Positions 17,658 to 27,583 of a stretch of 64,000 bases of DNA are shown one piece after another. The notes under the pieces are model-generated. The model ran no database searches. It was not told the DNA's origin and saw only the letters and a program-made list of their open reading frames with translations. Numbering within the stretch: position 1 is the first letter of the stretch; each line of letters starts with the position of its first letter. Location of the stretch: positions 1-64,000 of IMG/VR virus record IMGVR_UViG_3300014208_000001, one strand, 5' to 3'. Position numbers and translations under genes: made by a program. The DNA is from a virus (Duplodnaviria > Heunggongvirae > Uroviricota > Caudoviricetes).

Positions 17658-18854
17658 TCAGACGTAACGTTTCGTGCGTTTCTTAGCCGGTTTGATATAG
17701 CTAGGAAGATTCACCTCACTCGATGCAATCATATCCTGAACGTTCTCAAACACATCCTCAATCATCGGATTCACCTCCAATGACAACCACTGCCCATTCT
17801 CATGCACAAAACTATGCTTCGGATGAGCAGTACGCTGCATCGGATACCGCGTCTCAACACTCTGCACAACTTTCTTATACTTAGGAGCATCATGCCCATG
17901 CCGAGCAAAATCAACATGCGGCCTGAATGCTCTACCACACATCTGAATTGTAGTGCCACGCGAACTGTCACGACACCACACAGTCTCCAAATCGGGGCAA
18001 TCAAACCCCTCAGTAAGCACCATACAATTCGCCAGCACATTAATCTCACCACTGCGGAACTTATCCAACTGGCCTTCGCGAACACTCATACTGCCGCCGA
18101 TGACAATCTCCATTTTGACACCAGCAGCACGCAAAACACTCGCAAACTCTTCGCATTCCTCAACTTTATGGAAGTAAAAAATCGACTTGCCCCACTTCTC
18201 AGGGTCCATCAAATAATGCTGAGCGTACGATTCAGGACTGTACTTCTTCACAGTATAATGGTCATACTGTGACAAGTACCCATCCATCATCAACTGGTGA
18301 ATACCAGCATCACGGATCGTGTAATCGAAGCACAGTTTCACACCATCCACTCTGAACGGTGTCGCTGTACATCCGATAACGTACTCGGGTTTCAGCACAT
18401 CATGCATGTGAGCCATGCTGGACGCCGCATCGTGCTGTGCTTCATCGCACACCAGCGTCAGTGGCTTTGATCGATTCTCCGGGAGCAAATGGCTGGGAAT
18501 CTCACGTTCGAACATCGAGATATAGTGGACATCCTTGGCACCGATGTTGAGTCGATGATTCTCGTTGGCTGCTTGTTCAAGGAGGTTTCGTCGCATCGCG
18601 ACCCAGGCGATATCGCCTCCCTCGAATTGTTGCATACCTCTCGCAGCCATCAGGCACATGCTGGTTTTGCCAGATCCTGTAGCTGATTCAATGAGCGTAC
18701 TGCGGCATTTGGGGATGAGTGACCCACCCCTATCGACTTTGTTGCCGGTAAAGCATTCGATTGCTGTTTGGACAATCCGCAGCTGGTATGGGCGTGGCTG
18801 CAGTTTGGTAGTTCCGTAGAGATCTTTCACAAGACCTTCGTAATTCGTCGGCAT
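17658..18854 (-). CDS. superfamily 2 DExH helicase (ResIII/UvsW/RadD-like)
   Basis: ATGSGKT, DEAQH, TATPFR, LTEGFDCP, QMCGRAFR; start moved to ATG 18854 (GGAG RBS) because the promoter overlaps 18902. Confidence 0.92.
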   Translation of the reverse strand: MPTNYEGLVKDLYGTTKLQPRPYQLRIVQTAIECFTGNKVDRGGSLIPKCRSTLIESATGSGKTSMCLMAARGMQQFEGGDIAWVAMRRNLLEQAANENHRLNIGAKDVHYISMFEREIPSHLLPENRSKPLTLVCDEAQHDAASSMAHMHDVLKPEYVIGCTATPFRVDGVKLCFDYTIRDAGIHQLMMDGYLSQYDHYTVKKYSPESYAQHYLMDPEKWGKSIFYFHKVEECEEFASVLRAAGVKMEIVIGGSMSVREGQLDKFRSGEINVLANCMVLTEGFDCPDLETVWCRDSSRGTTIQMCGRAFRPHVDFARHGHDAPKYKKVVQSVETRYPMQRTAHPKHSFVHENGQWLSLEVNPMIEDVFENVQDMIASSEVNLPSYIKPAKKRTKRYV

Positions 18855-18893
18855 CGTATCACTCCGCGTTATGTGTTGGATCGTCATAACCCA

Positions 18894-18921
18894 ATATTTC
18901 AAGGGGACCCCGATCCGTAAA
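18894..18921 (-). promoter_or_regulatory. conserved phage promoter-like motif
   Basis: TTTACG-N14-TGAAATAT. Confidence 0.72.
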
Positions 18922-18926
18922 TAGCC

Positions 18927-19184
18927 TTACGTATATCGGATTGAATCCCTGTTAGCCCGTATATCAAACTCATCCATAAGTTTAAATAATTCTTTCACTT
19001 CATCTAACGACCATTCACCAATAAGAGGCAACCACTCATAATATACATCATCATACGACTCACCACGTTCAACGTCCAAGTAAGCTTTAAATATAACATC
19101 ATCAACAGAAAATTTAACAACATTATTATGATAAAATTCAAACATAACGTACACTATTACCAGAGGTACCAATGAAACTCTCAA
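18927..19184 (-). CDS. hypothetical protein (start uncertain)
   Basis: ORF in minus-strand run. Confidence 0.45.
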   Translation of the reverse strand: MRVSLVPLVIVYVMFEFYHNNVVKFSVDDVIFKAYLDVERGESYDDVYYEWLPLIGEWSLDEVKELFKLMDEFDIRANRDSIRYT

Positions 19185-19287
19185 TGATCAATGAAATACA
19201 ATTAAAATATTGCGACACCAACATGAACCGTACAAGCACAACACAAGTATATGGAGTCAGTAGTATCAACGATTTATATCACTATCA

Positions 19288-19599
19288 TTATAAAACACGC
19301 AAACTATCAGGAGTAAGAGTCAAAAAACCGCCAATCAAAACACCCAAATCAACATAATCAATAAAATACACACGCCGCTTAAAAATACATGCACTCTGGT
19401 AATAAACACGAATCTCAAAATCAGAATAATATCCATCAATCACAACACGCAACATACTACTAGCAATCCCTTCAATCTCACCACTAATCCAAAACTCACT
19501 ATCATTATTATGGTGGTAATACACATCACCACCATGCTTATCAACAAGCTCACTGAAATCATCTAACATAATCGTATAAATCTCGCTCATCGCATACAT
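19288..19599 (-). CDS. paralogue family member, short form
   Basis: SEIYTIMLDDF ... VYFIDY. Confidence 0.7.
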   Translation of the reverse strand: MYAMSEIYTIMLDDFSELVDKHGGDVYYHHNNDSEFWISGEIEGIASSMLRVVIDGYYSDFEIRVYYQSACIFKRRVYFIDYVDLGVLIGGFLTLTPDSLRVL

Positions 19600-21023
19600 C
19601 CCTTAAATAATTTAATATTCTTGCAAACTGTAGCCATCACATCAGTCAATTTAGACGCATAACTCTCATTATGGCAATCTAAATCAAACGCACCATGCAC
19701 AAACTCATGAGCAGCCAAACTCACAAACAACCCAAAATCAACCAACGACAAACAATTTTTCATACTACGACTATTTGAATAAACCTGCTTCACAATTTTC
19801 ACAGGATTAATCAAATAAATATCGCAACCATCCTTATTCATATGAAGAGCTTCAGTCCTCTCACCATCACAATTAGTATCACTAAACACAAACCCAACCA
19901 TAAATTCACTCCTAATATTATGAATAGTATACAATGTGAGCAACATATTACTCCAAATACGGCTCACTTTGCGAGCATATGCACAAAATTGATCACTATC
20001 AGGAAGAAAATAATCAGGAATACGCATCCCAGTTTCATTATGAATAATAAACCCATAATCAAGAACATTCAATGACGTCTCACGGATCATAGTTATCATC
20101 TCATTATCACTGATATTACCCTCACTCTTATCAAGTATCATACTAACAGACAAACGTACATCGCCAACAACAACCTCACTCTCATCAACATTCAACTTAT
20201 CACCCTCAAACACCAACGTCTCAACAACATGCTCATCAAGAGCACGCTTATTAACACTCAAAGAATCAACAAACGTATCAACTTCACTAGCATACCCATA
20301 CTTCAACCCATCACGATTAGACTGCAAATACTCACCACTCGGCTCATTAAGTTCAAGCACCACACACTTATCCAAATTAACATACCGCTTAAACATCAAA
20401 ATCCCACGCATTCGCACAACCAACACATTCCTATCACTATTATTAGTATAAACAGTACCACTACGCACATCACGCCGACGAGAACCCTTCCTCATACACA
20501 CATCAAACCGCTCACCATTCACATTAAAATCACCCTTCCACTGACTATAAAACGCAAACGTCTTACAAGCATCAAGCAAAGCATCATAATGATCACCATT
20601 AATTATAATCGATGTGCTAGTACCATCATAATGCTCAGCTGATTTGATATCGTATTCTCCACCACTACCATCAACAATATACTCACCAGTCCTAATATGA
20701 TATTCTTCGTGGCAAAACAGGAGAATTTCTTTAGCTCTCCCAAATCCACCAATTGAATCGTTGAAATTCTTGCCAGTCTCACCAATTGAAAGCAATTTAT
20801 CAACAAGAATATCCTTCGTCATCGGATATCCATTATTAGCAAACGTGAGAAAAGTATTACCATTAACCAAATCGATCGTCACATCAATTTTAGTTGATGA
20901 AGCGTCGATCGAATTCTGAGCGAATTCACGAATAATAGCAAAATGCCAATCACGATAATCGCGAAGCACATTCTTGAAAAACGACGGACCGATTTTAACA
21001 CTAGCCACAGGACATATCCTCAA
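19587..21023 (-). CDS. GHKL (Hsp90/MutL-type) ATPase with C-terminal HExxH motif
   Basis: REFAQNSIDA, NNGYPM, GGFGRAK, DGT; C-terminal AHEFVH. Confidence 0.85.
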   Translation of the reverse strand: MRICPVASVKIGPSFFKNVLRDYRDWHFAIIREFAQNSIDASSTKIDVTIDLVNGNTFLTFANNGYPMTKDILVDKLLSIGETGKNFNDSIGGFGRAKEILLFCHEEYHIRTGEYIVDGSGGEYDIKSAEHYDGTSTSIIINGDHYDALLDACKTFAFYSQWKGDFNVNGERFDVCMRKGSRRRDVRSGTVYTNNSDRNVLVVRMRGILMFKRYVNLDKCVVLELNEPSGEYLQSNRDGLKYGYASEVDTFVDSLSVNKRALDEHVVETLVFEGDKLNVDESEVVVGDVRLSVSMILDKSEGNISDNEMITMIRETSLNVLDYGFIIHNETGMRIPDYFLPDSDQFCAYARKVSRIWSNMLLTLYTIHNIRSEFMVGFVFSDTNCDGERTEALHMNKDGCDIYLINPVKIVKQVYSNSRSMKNCLSLVDFGLFVSLAAHEFVHGAFDLDCHNESYASKLTDVMATVCKNIKLFKGCMR

Positions 21024-21026
21024 ATA

Positions 21027-21407
21027 TTACCACTTCACCACAACCAAAAATCGACCAGCCTTACCAGATATCAAGCATCGATTCGGAACCGCCACATTAC
21101 GCAGAATAGTCAAAATATAATCTCTATTCTTACAATTATATCGCTTAAAAAATGTTGCCAAAAGTTTAAGTTTTTCAATTTTAACAATATACCCAAGACT
21201 TTCACACTGCTTGGTAAAATTATCAATTTCATCACTTTTCGCAAACGTGAAAAATGCCGTCCTACACCAACTCTGTGCTTGGCTATAAACTTGACTCGAA
21301 AACGAATCAGAAAAGCATTGCGGAATCACATCATGAACTCCACAAATTGTACACCCCCTCTTATCAGCCTTATTCGTAATCTCTCTCGCTTCCGCCGCTG
21401 TGATCAT
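21027..21407 (-). CDS. hypothetical protein
   Basis: AAGGA RBS; promoter 21436-21463. Confidence 0.6.
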   Translation of the reverse strand: MITAAEAREITNKADKRGCTICGVHDVIPQCFSDSFSSQVYSQAQSWCRTAFFTFAKSDEIDNFTKQCESLGYIVKIEKLKLLATFFKRYNCKNRDYILTILRNVAVPNRCLISGKAGRFLVVVKW

Positions 21408-21435
21408 TTATCAATCCTTAAAGTAAGTCACACAC

Positions 21436-21463
21436 CTATTTCAATAACCAAAGGTTAGGTAAA
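21436..21463 (-). promoter_or_regulatory. conserved phage promoter-like motif
   Basis: TTTACC-N14-TGAAATAG. Confidence 0.75.
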
Positions 21464-21775
21464 AATGGGAATATCATGGATCGAATACTTATGCTTATTA
21501 TTCATAATTAACTTATCAGCAAAATTAAAAATCATAGAAATCATTACTTCATCAGAATAATCTACTAAATTTATTTCATCAATGACAATTGGTAATCCAC
21601 TCCCTTCAGTGCTCCGGATGATAATTCTATTATCATAAATATGAATTAACGCTATTATAGCACCATCAATATCATATTTATATTTAATAAATATAATAGA
21701 ATCTGACACTTTCCTAATATCATAATTATGATTATCATTAATTAACTCATAAATAATATCAATAATATAGTTCAT
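21455..21775 (-). CDS. paralogue family member, short form
   Basis: IIYELIND ... INLVDY. Confidence 0.6.
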   Translation of the reverse strand: MNYIIDIIYELINDNHNYDIRKVSDSIIFIKYKYDIDGAIIALIHIYDNRIIIRSTEGSGLPIVIDEINLVDYSDEVMISMIFNFADKLIMNNKHKYSIHDIPIFT

Positions 21776-22158
21776 ATTACTTCCAATGCTTTTCGTATAC
21801 GTATATCTGAGTATTCATTTAATTGTATTATTTCGTGACTTTCTGTTTTATTACTGAATGATATTATTGATAAATCATTATCAAGAACAATAACTGTGTG
21901 ACATCTTCTATTTAAAGTAACAGTCAACGCCCCACCACGCGCATCGTTATATGAACATCTAACTTTAACTTTTGGACATGTAAATCGCCGTGTAATACTT
22001 AATATATCGGTTAAAACAATATTGCTTAGATCATTTAATGGTATTTTGTAGCGTCCTGTGGTGACGATATCCCCTGACAGATTTGCGAAACTATACATAC
22101 GTTGGTTATCGACTAAATAATATACTGTAGATGTGCCATCGTGATAGTACGTGTTCAT
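21772..22158 (-). CDS. paralogue family member
   Basis: MNTYY...LNDLSNIVLTDI...IQLNEY. Confidence 0.7.
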   Translation of the reverse strand: MNTYYHDGTSTVYYLVDNQRMYSFANLSGDIVTTGRYKIPLNDLSNIVLTDILSITRRFTCPKVKVRCSYNDARGGALTVTLNRRCHTVIVLDNDLSIISFSNKTESHEIIQLNEYSDIRIRKALEVI

Positions 22159-22460
22159 ACGTGATTTCCAATTTGGAAAAGTTTAGCCGCATCAGGGAAT
22201 GATGTTACAGCGTCTTGAATCCATGTATCGGTCAATTCAGCGTACGTAGACAATCTGTAATGTATATCCATACCGACTGGTATTGAGAATATAGCATTCG
22301 TGTTCGTTAGTATAATTGTGAATATGTTTCTACGTAAATGTATTATATCAATTGATAATTTGTTGTCTGATAAAAACGATATTTTACCACATTTTAAATT
22401 GTTATTTTCTTTACAATATTGAAAAATATCGTTGAACAGTACTTGGTGTATCTCATTCAT
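22155..22460 (-). CDS. paralogue family member, short form
   Basis: NEIHQVLFNDI; aligns end to end with neighbour 22453-22761. Confidence 0.7.
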   Translation of the reverse strand: MNEIHQVLFNDIFQYCKENNNLKCGKISFLSDNKLSIDIIHLRRNIFTIILTNTNAIFSIPVGMDIHYRLSTYAELTDTWIQDAVTSFPDAAKLFQIGNHV

Positions 22461-22761
22461 GAATATGCCTCATCACATGTGGAAATTGTGTTATTGTTTC
22501 TTGCATCCATGTATTTGATACTTCTGAATAATTAATCGATTTATATAACATGTTGCCGTCTTTTGGGATCGAAAACATAACATGAGTATCTGTTAAAACA
22601 ATTATAAATAAAAATTGAGTCAAATAATGAACTTCTAATGAAACCATATGGCCTAGATCAGTGATATAACCATATTTAAGATGATATTTTTCACAATATT
22701 CTTTGATATCATTCAGTAGTATTGCCCATATATCTTTCATAATATAATATTTCAGCGACAT
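22453..22761 (-). CDS. paralogue family member, short form
   Basis: KDIWAILLNDI...INYSE. Confidence 0.7.
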   Translation of the reverse strand: MSLKYYIMKDIWAILLNDIKEYCEKYHLKYGYITDLGHMVSLEVHYLTQFLFIIVLTDTHVMFSIPKDGNMLYKSINYSEVSNTWMQETITQFPHVMRHIHE

Positions 22762-22779
22762 ATCGATTGGTTAATATGC

Positions 22780-22812
22780 TGAAAGCCACAAGTATTATAC
22801 TTGTGGCTTTCA
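22780..22812. terminator. perfect 15-bp hairpin just 3' of the tRNA
   Basis: tgaaagccacaagta-tta-tacttgtggctttca. Confidence 0.7.
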
Positions 22813-22815
22813 TAG

Positions 22816-22889
22816 TGCGCCCGGTCGGACTCGAACCGACGACCAAAGAATTATGAGTTCTCTGCTCTAACCAACTGAGCTACAGGCGC
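22816..22889 (-). tRNA. tRNA with CAU anticodon (probably Ile2, possibly elongator Met)
   Basis: cloverleaf; loop CU-CAU-AA; G1-C72 paired, so not initiator. Confidence 0.9.
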
Positions 22890-22984
22890 AATATCATTGT
22901 ACCAGGTAGACGAGCCAGTGTCAAGTAGGTCGTAACGGGCAGTCATACCCCTTGACTCCTGGCTCGCCGTCCGGAACACGCACC

Positions 22985-23680
22985 TTACGCTTTAACGTAC
23001 CGAACCACCGCAGAACCCATCACATCCAACAAATCCTCGGCACGACTAATATCACGCCCAGAATATTCCAGCAACAAATCCAACGTACTCGGCTTAAACC
23101 GCCGCAACGATTCAGCCTGCACAATCGTCTCCGCCACCTCCTGAGACACCAAACCACCATCCACCATCTTCTTGACCGCACGCTCCAAAGCGTCATTCAC
23201 AATCTTGAAAATAGCAGGATTCTCCAACAGCTCATCATTGAGCTTAATAACAGTGACATCCTCCACCATCCGAGCAGCAACCTCACCACCCACCACATCA
23301 ATCAGTTGATTGTACTGCTCATCGCCAACTTTCGACGACGCACACTTGTTCTGAACCACATACGTCACCGACGTACCAGAATCAGCAACAACCTTCATCG
23401 GCGTCTCAGGCGACGCACCACGATTCACGAACCACTTCACATACAGCGAATTCGCAAACGAGAGCAAACGATTCTTATGAGCCCCCATCTGCGTCTTACG
23501 AGCTTCCAATTCACCATTCAACCGAACCAACTCGGTGACAGACAGAGACAAAGACTCCGCCTCGCTCTTATCCTTAGCATTCGCATCCGTACGCCACACA
23601 GTCCCCTTCGAAACTTTCGAAGGAGCCGCCTTAACTGCCGTATCCTTCGCCTTATTCAACAAGCTCATAACAAACTCCAA
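22985..23680 (-). CDS. hypothetical protein (probable start MSLLN)
   Basis: ORF below promoter variant TTAACC-N14-GGCAATAG at 23746-23773. Confidence 0.75.
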   Translation of the reverse strand: MEFVMSLLNKAKDTAVKAAPSKVSKGTVWRTDANAKDKSEAESLSLSVTELVRLNGELEARKTQMGAHKNRLLSFANSLYVKWFVNRGASPETPMKVVADSGTSVTYVVQNKCASSKVGDEQYNQLIDVVGGEVAARMVEDVTVIKLNDELLENPAIFKIVNDALERAVKKMVDGGLVSQEVAETIVQAESLRRFKPSTLDLLLEYSGRDISRAEDLLDVMGSAVVRYVKA

Positions 23681-23717
23681 AAAACTGCTTTCGCCTCCAG
23701 CCGATCATCACCGACAA

Positions 23718-24134
23718 TCAGTGTGAACTCGAAGCTGGCAAAGAACTATTGCCCGGAAAGCCAGCCCGGTTAACTGAACCAAGAAACCCAAACAACCAAT
23801 CAAACCCATCATAATCACAATACTTAACTTTAAAATAATTACCATAAGAATACACAGTCACATTATCAGAAAGCAACGTCAACGTAAACCAATACTCATG
23901 CCTTATCCGGCATCCGATCATCAATCGGCCATCGCTTATCAATTTACAATCGCTAACATGTACACCCAATTTCTTAATATCATTCAACAAAACATTAAAA
24001 ACATCACCAACATAACGCAATTCATCAACCCACTCTGGTTGAAACTCGACTTTAACATCATTAAAATCAATAATATTATACTTATCAATTTGAACTATAA
24101 CACTATATCGGCCAGACCAATAATATTTAATCAT
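23718..24134 (-). CDS. paralogue family member
   Basis: MIKYY...GDVFNVLLNDI...VKYCDYDGF. Confidence 0.72.
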   Translation of the reverse strand: MIKYYWSGRYSVIVQIDKYNIIDFNDVKVEFQPEWVDELRYVGDVFNVLLNDIKKLGVHVSDCKLISDGRLMIGCRIRHEYWFTLTLLSDNVTVYSYGNYFKVKYCDYDGFDWLFGFLGSVNRAGFPGNSSLPASSSH

Positions 24135-24502
24135 GATAACTCCTTAAAAATATCGTTTAACCACACTATGATATTATTTGTATTATACTCAACAAGTGAT
24201 ATATGTATAACTTTAGCATCATGTAATTTACTATCGCAGACACTACCATTTGGACGTGCACGACTCACATATTGATAGATCAAATGATTCGCTCTAGCAT
24301 ACGCCGCTTCCGACGCAGAATATCCTATTATATCCTTATCGCAAACAACAATACAAACATACTTATAAGTGATAACAACATTTATATTACGTTTATAGTT
24401 ATAATTACTTAATAGTATGCTCTCGTCATTCAAGTGTTCCAAATCAAAAGTTATCATACTTTTATTAATATCGTCTATAATAAGTGAAAATACTTCATTC
24501 AT
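24131..24502 (-). CDS. paralogue family member, short form
   Basis: MNEVFSLIIDDI...ISLVEY; AGGAG RBS. Confidence 0.7.
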   Translation of the reverse strand: MNEVFSLIIDDINKSMITFDLEHLNDESILLSNYNYKRNINVVITYKYVCIVVCDKDIIGYSASEAAYARANHLIYQYVSRARPNGSVCDSKLHDAKVIHISLVEYNTNNIIVWLNDIFKELS

Positions 24503-24586
24503 ACAAGCACTCCTATTTTGCGATACGGAAGGAGCCAAATGCACTTTCGCACATTTGGCTCCTTCACCACCCACCCCTACTCACCA

Positions 24587-25981
24587 CTACTCATTGATAT
24601 CCAACCGCACCACATGCCCCCAAGTCGGCTCACTCGTATCACGCACAGTAATACACGTGATAAAAGGAAAACTACACGGCTCATGCCAATTGCAATATCC
24701 ATCAGTCAGCATAATCTGACAATCATGAACCTTGCCATTGTCAATCAACCACTGCACAGGAGCAACCATATCAGTGCCCCCACGCCCATTCACCTTGAAA
24801 TTCTTCCACGCACCACGACGATACAACCCATAACCCTGAAACGCATGATCCCACTGCAGAATGTAAACTTTCGCCCTCGCACTAATCATATCAATCTCAG
24901 CAAAAAACTGCTGCAACTCCTTACCACCAACAGACCCAGAAGTATCCACAATCACATTCACAGTACTCGCAGCATGATGACTCACACCCGGCATACCAAA
25001 TGACTCATCACCCTCCAAGCGACGATTCACCCGATTATGAGTCTTCCGACTATTACCAACATGCCGACCAAGATACTGCCGAAGAATCGAACGCCACCGA
25101 ACAATCGGCTTACCCAACTTCTTCAACAACTCACTAATATGACCAGGTACATTCCCCTGACTCTTCTCAACAGCATCACTCACCATATCCTTCACACGCT
25201 GACGAGCCTCGTCAGGACTAGCATCACTCTGATCCCAAATCGAATGATCATCCAAACTCTTCCCACCATACTTATCATGGATAGGACACCCACCACCGCC
25301 ACCATCCTTCTTATTCTTCCCCTTCCCCTTACCCTTCCCATCCTGACCTTCATCGCCCTGATCACCCTGGCCCTTGCCAGAATTACCTTTATCATCATCC
25401 TCACCACCGCCGCCACTACCCTCACCATTGCACTTACACGTGCAACGCTGAGCTTTCATATCCTTAGTAATCTCATCATAATACTCCTCAGCACTCAACC
25501 GATCATTAAGATGCGGAGGACACCAAACAATATCACTCTTGAACGGAATAACCGGCTTATTACCAGAATCAGTCAACCCAATCTTCGGATTGTCACGCTT
25601 ACCATTCACAGCCATATCACAAGCAATATTAAACAACTTCGGATCACGAGTAGTGCCACGAATACAATGCAAACGGACAAGATGCTCAATCTCGTGCTGG
25701 ATGATAGCAACAAGCTCCTTCACCGTCATCTTCGAAACGAAAGGAGGATAATACAAACATTGCACACGAAGATCATTGAGGATACGAACCCCCATAGTTT
25801 TGCTATCTTCATCCTTAATCCAATCCATATTGGATGGGATCCACTCGGTGAGCATGCACATGTGACCATAAAATGGCTGCTCATTAACAAGCACACATCG
25901 TGCTCGAGTGAGTGAATCAACGACCTCCGCTGAAGTCCGATGAATTACCTGCCGATCAGCATCATTCGTAGCTACTGTCAT
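24587..25981 (-). CDS. DUF2201-type metallopeptidase-like/VWA domain protein
   Basis: HEIEH, NIACDMAVN, Gly/Asp linker, MIDAS DTSGS, GGTD, LTDG. Confidence 0.9.
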   Translation of the reverse strand: MTVATNDADRQVIHRTSAEVVDSLTRARCVLVNEQPFYGHMCMLTEWIPSNMDWIKDEDSKTMGVRILNDLRVQCLYYPPFVSKMTVKELVAIIQHEIEHLVRLHCIRGTTRDPKLFNIACDMAVNGKRDNPKIGLTDSGNKPVIPFKSDIVWCPPHLNDRLSAEEYYDEITKDMKAQRCTCKCNGEGSGGGGEDDDKGNSGKGQGDQGDEGQDGKGKGKGKNKKDGGGGGCPIHDKYGGKSLDDHSIWDQSDASPDEARQRVKDMVSDAVEKSQGNVPGHISELLKKLGKPIVRWRSILRQYLGRHVGNSRKTHNRVNRRLEGDESFGMPGVSHHAASTVNVIVDTSGSVGGKELQQFFAEIDMISARAKVYILQWDHAFQGYGLYRRGAWKNFKVNGRGGTDMVAPVQWLIDNGKVHDCQIMLTDGYCNWHEPCSFPFITCITVRDTSEPTWGHVVRLDINE

Positions 25982-26020
25982 TTTGAATCCTGCGATTAAG
26001 GGTGGGTGGTTGACTTAAAT

Positions 26021-26048
26021 CTATTGCCCGAAGCTAACTTTAGGTAAA
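26021..26048 (-). promoter_or_regulatory. promoter-like motif
   Basis: TTTACC-N14-GGCAATAG. Confidence 0.68.
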
Positions 26049-26132
26049 ATAAAACTCCCCCTATCATACTCGCCACGGCAACGGCATGAATACGACAGGG
26101 GGAGCCACACAGGACCGACCAACATCAAACCG

Positions 26133-27497
26133 CTAATTGATCTCGCGAGCACTCACAGACTGATTGAACACAATCTGCAACGTAGGACGCTCCGCAACCC
26201 ACTCCAAGAAACCCTTGGAAGCCCCACTGTCACGCCGAAGTTTCACCACACGAGCAGCCAACGCCGGATTCATCGCAATCGCCAACTTGTGCTGATCAGG
26301 AGCATTCGACGACTTCACCCCCTGCACCAACTGGCGAATGAACGCAATCGCCAAATCGTTATCGTTGCCAGAACTCCGCTTATTCACCAGAACTTCAGCG
26401 AAATCCAACGCAACCTTCGCGTGCTTCTCGTCATCCACCTTGCCAGTCAAGTAACTGCTGAGACCCCACATGAGACCAGCCATCTGCGACCGGCTCAACT
26501 CACGCAACTTCTTATCCCACTGCTTGACACCATCACGCATCAAATCAGTGACCTTCACCGGACAATCGTAATTGAGGTAGGCCGACGCCACATCAGAACC
26601 GAGCAGCCCAGCCAACACCAAACGCATGGCATCATCAGGGTTGCACACCTTCTGGATAGCGGCACGAGCCCCATTCTCCATCGCGATCTTGGCACGGACA
26701 GCAGAATCCCACGAACGCCGAGACGGTTGGATGACCGTATCGTTCTTCGCGTTGTTGTTACCGTCGAGGTACTTCAGATCGGACGAAGTGAATTCGATAG
26801 CAGCGGACGCATCCAAACCGTATCGCTTACTCATGAACTGAGTCCACTCGGCGAGAGTGGTTTCGCCGGCACTGAGCGTCATGTGGCAGAAGCGATCGAG
26901 GAGGGCGGCGTCGTTAAAGCCGTTGGTGATGTATCCCTCGTTGAAATTGCCCGCCGCACACACAGCCCATCCTTCGGGGAGTGCGTATCGACCGACTTTG
27001 CGGTCGAGCACCAGTTGGAAGATGGCTTGCAGCACGTCATCGGCACCGCGATTCACTTCATCGAGGAAGAGAATTCCGTGTTCGTGGCGGGGCTGCAGTT
27101 CGAGGAAGCACGCCGAGATTTTCGTGATGTGTCGCGGGGGGAGTTTCGCGGCGATACTGGTCCAGTCGATTTCGCCGGGTTTAGAATCCTTGGGGAGGAA
27201 TTCCTTGCACCGTTCAATCACCAGCTCTTCCACTTCCATGTCGGTGAGATCGCCGATTGGCATTTCAGCGGGAGGGCAGTAGTGCGTACGGCCATCTTCG
27301 CCGCGAGTCGGGAGGCCACGAATATCGACAGCTTCCAGTTGCGAGCACCGGAGATCGACGAATCCCATTCGGGATTGTTCGCACAGTTGCTTGATCAGAC
27401 TGGATTTGCCCAGTCCGTGGACACCCCAAATGAAGGGGGTGAGTTGGGCGTGCTTGCATAGCATCACCGCACCCTGAATCTCAGAAATCCGAGCCAT
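26133..27497 (-). CDS. MoxR-like AAA+ ATPase
   Basis: Walker A GVHGLGKS, Walker B LFLDEVNR, AAGN, ALLDRF, PSRRSW; adjacent to VWA gene. Confidence 0.92.
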   Translation of the reverse strand: MARISEIQGAVMLCKHAQLTPFIWGVHGLGKSSLIKQLCEQSRMGFVDLRCSQLEAVDIRGLPTRGEDGRTHYCPPAEMPIGDLTDMEVEELVIERCKEFLPKDSKPGEIDWTSIAAKLPPRHITKISACFLELQPRHEHGILFLDEVNRGADDVLQAIFQLVLDRKVGRYALPEGWAVCAAGNFNEGYITNGFNDAALLDRFCHMTLSAGETTLAEWTQFMSKRYGLDASAAIEFTSSDLKYLDGNNNAKNDTVIQPSRRSWDSAVRAKIAMENGARAAIQKVCNPDDAMRLVLAGLLGSDVASAYLNYDCPVKVTDLMRDGVKQWDKKLRELSRSQMAGLMWGLSSYLTGKVDDEKHAKVALDFAEVLVNKRSSGNDNDLAIAFIRQLVQGVKSSNAPDQHKLAIAMNPALAARVVKLRRDSGASKGFLEWVAERPTLQIVFNQSVSAREIN

Positions 27498-27540
27498 CGC
27501 AAAAACTCCTGTGTGTTAGAAACCCAAAACCGACCCACCC

Positions 27541-27568
27541 CTATTTCAAACCCCGCCAGCCTCGTAAA
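27541..27568 (-). promoter_or_regulatory. conserved phage promoter-like motif
   Basis: TTTACG-N14-TGAAATAG. Confidence 0.75.
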
Positions 27569-27583
27569 GTCGCCCCACAAAAA

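Noticed and set aside
22952-27461. Long + strand ORFs 22952-23773, 25037-25915 and 26289-27461
   Set aside because: Antisense shadows of better-supported minus-strand genes; strand bias removes stop codons
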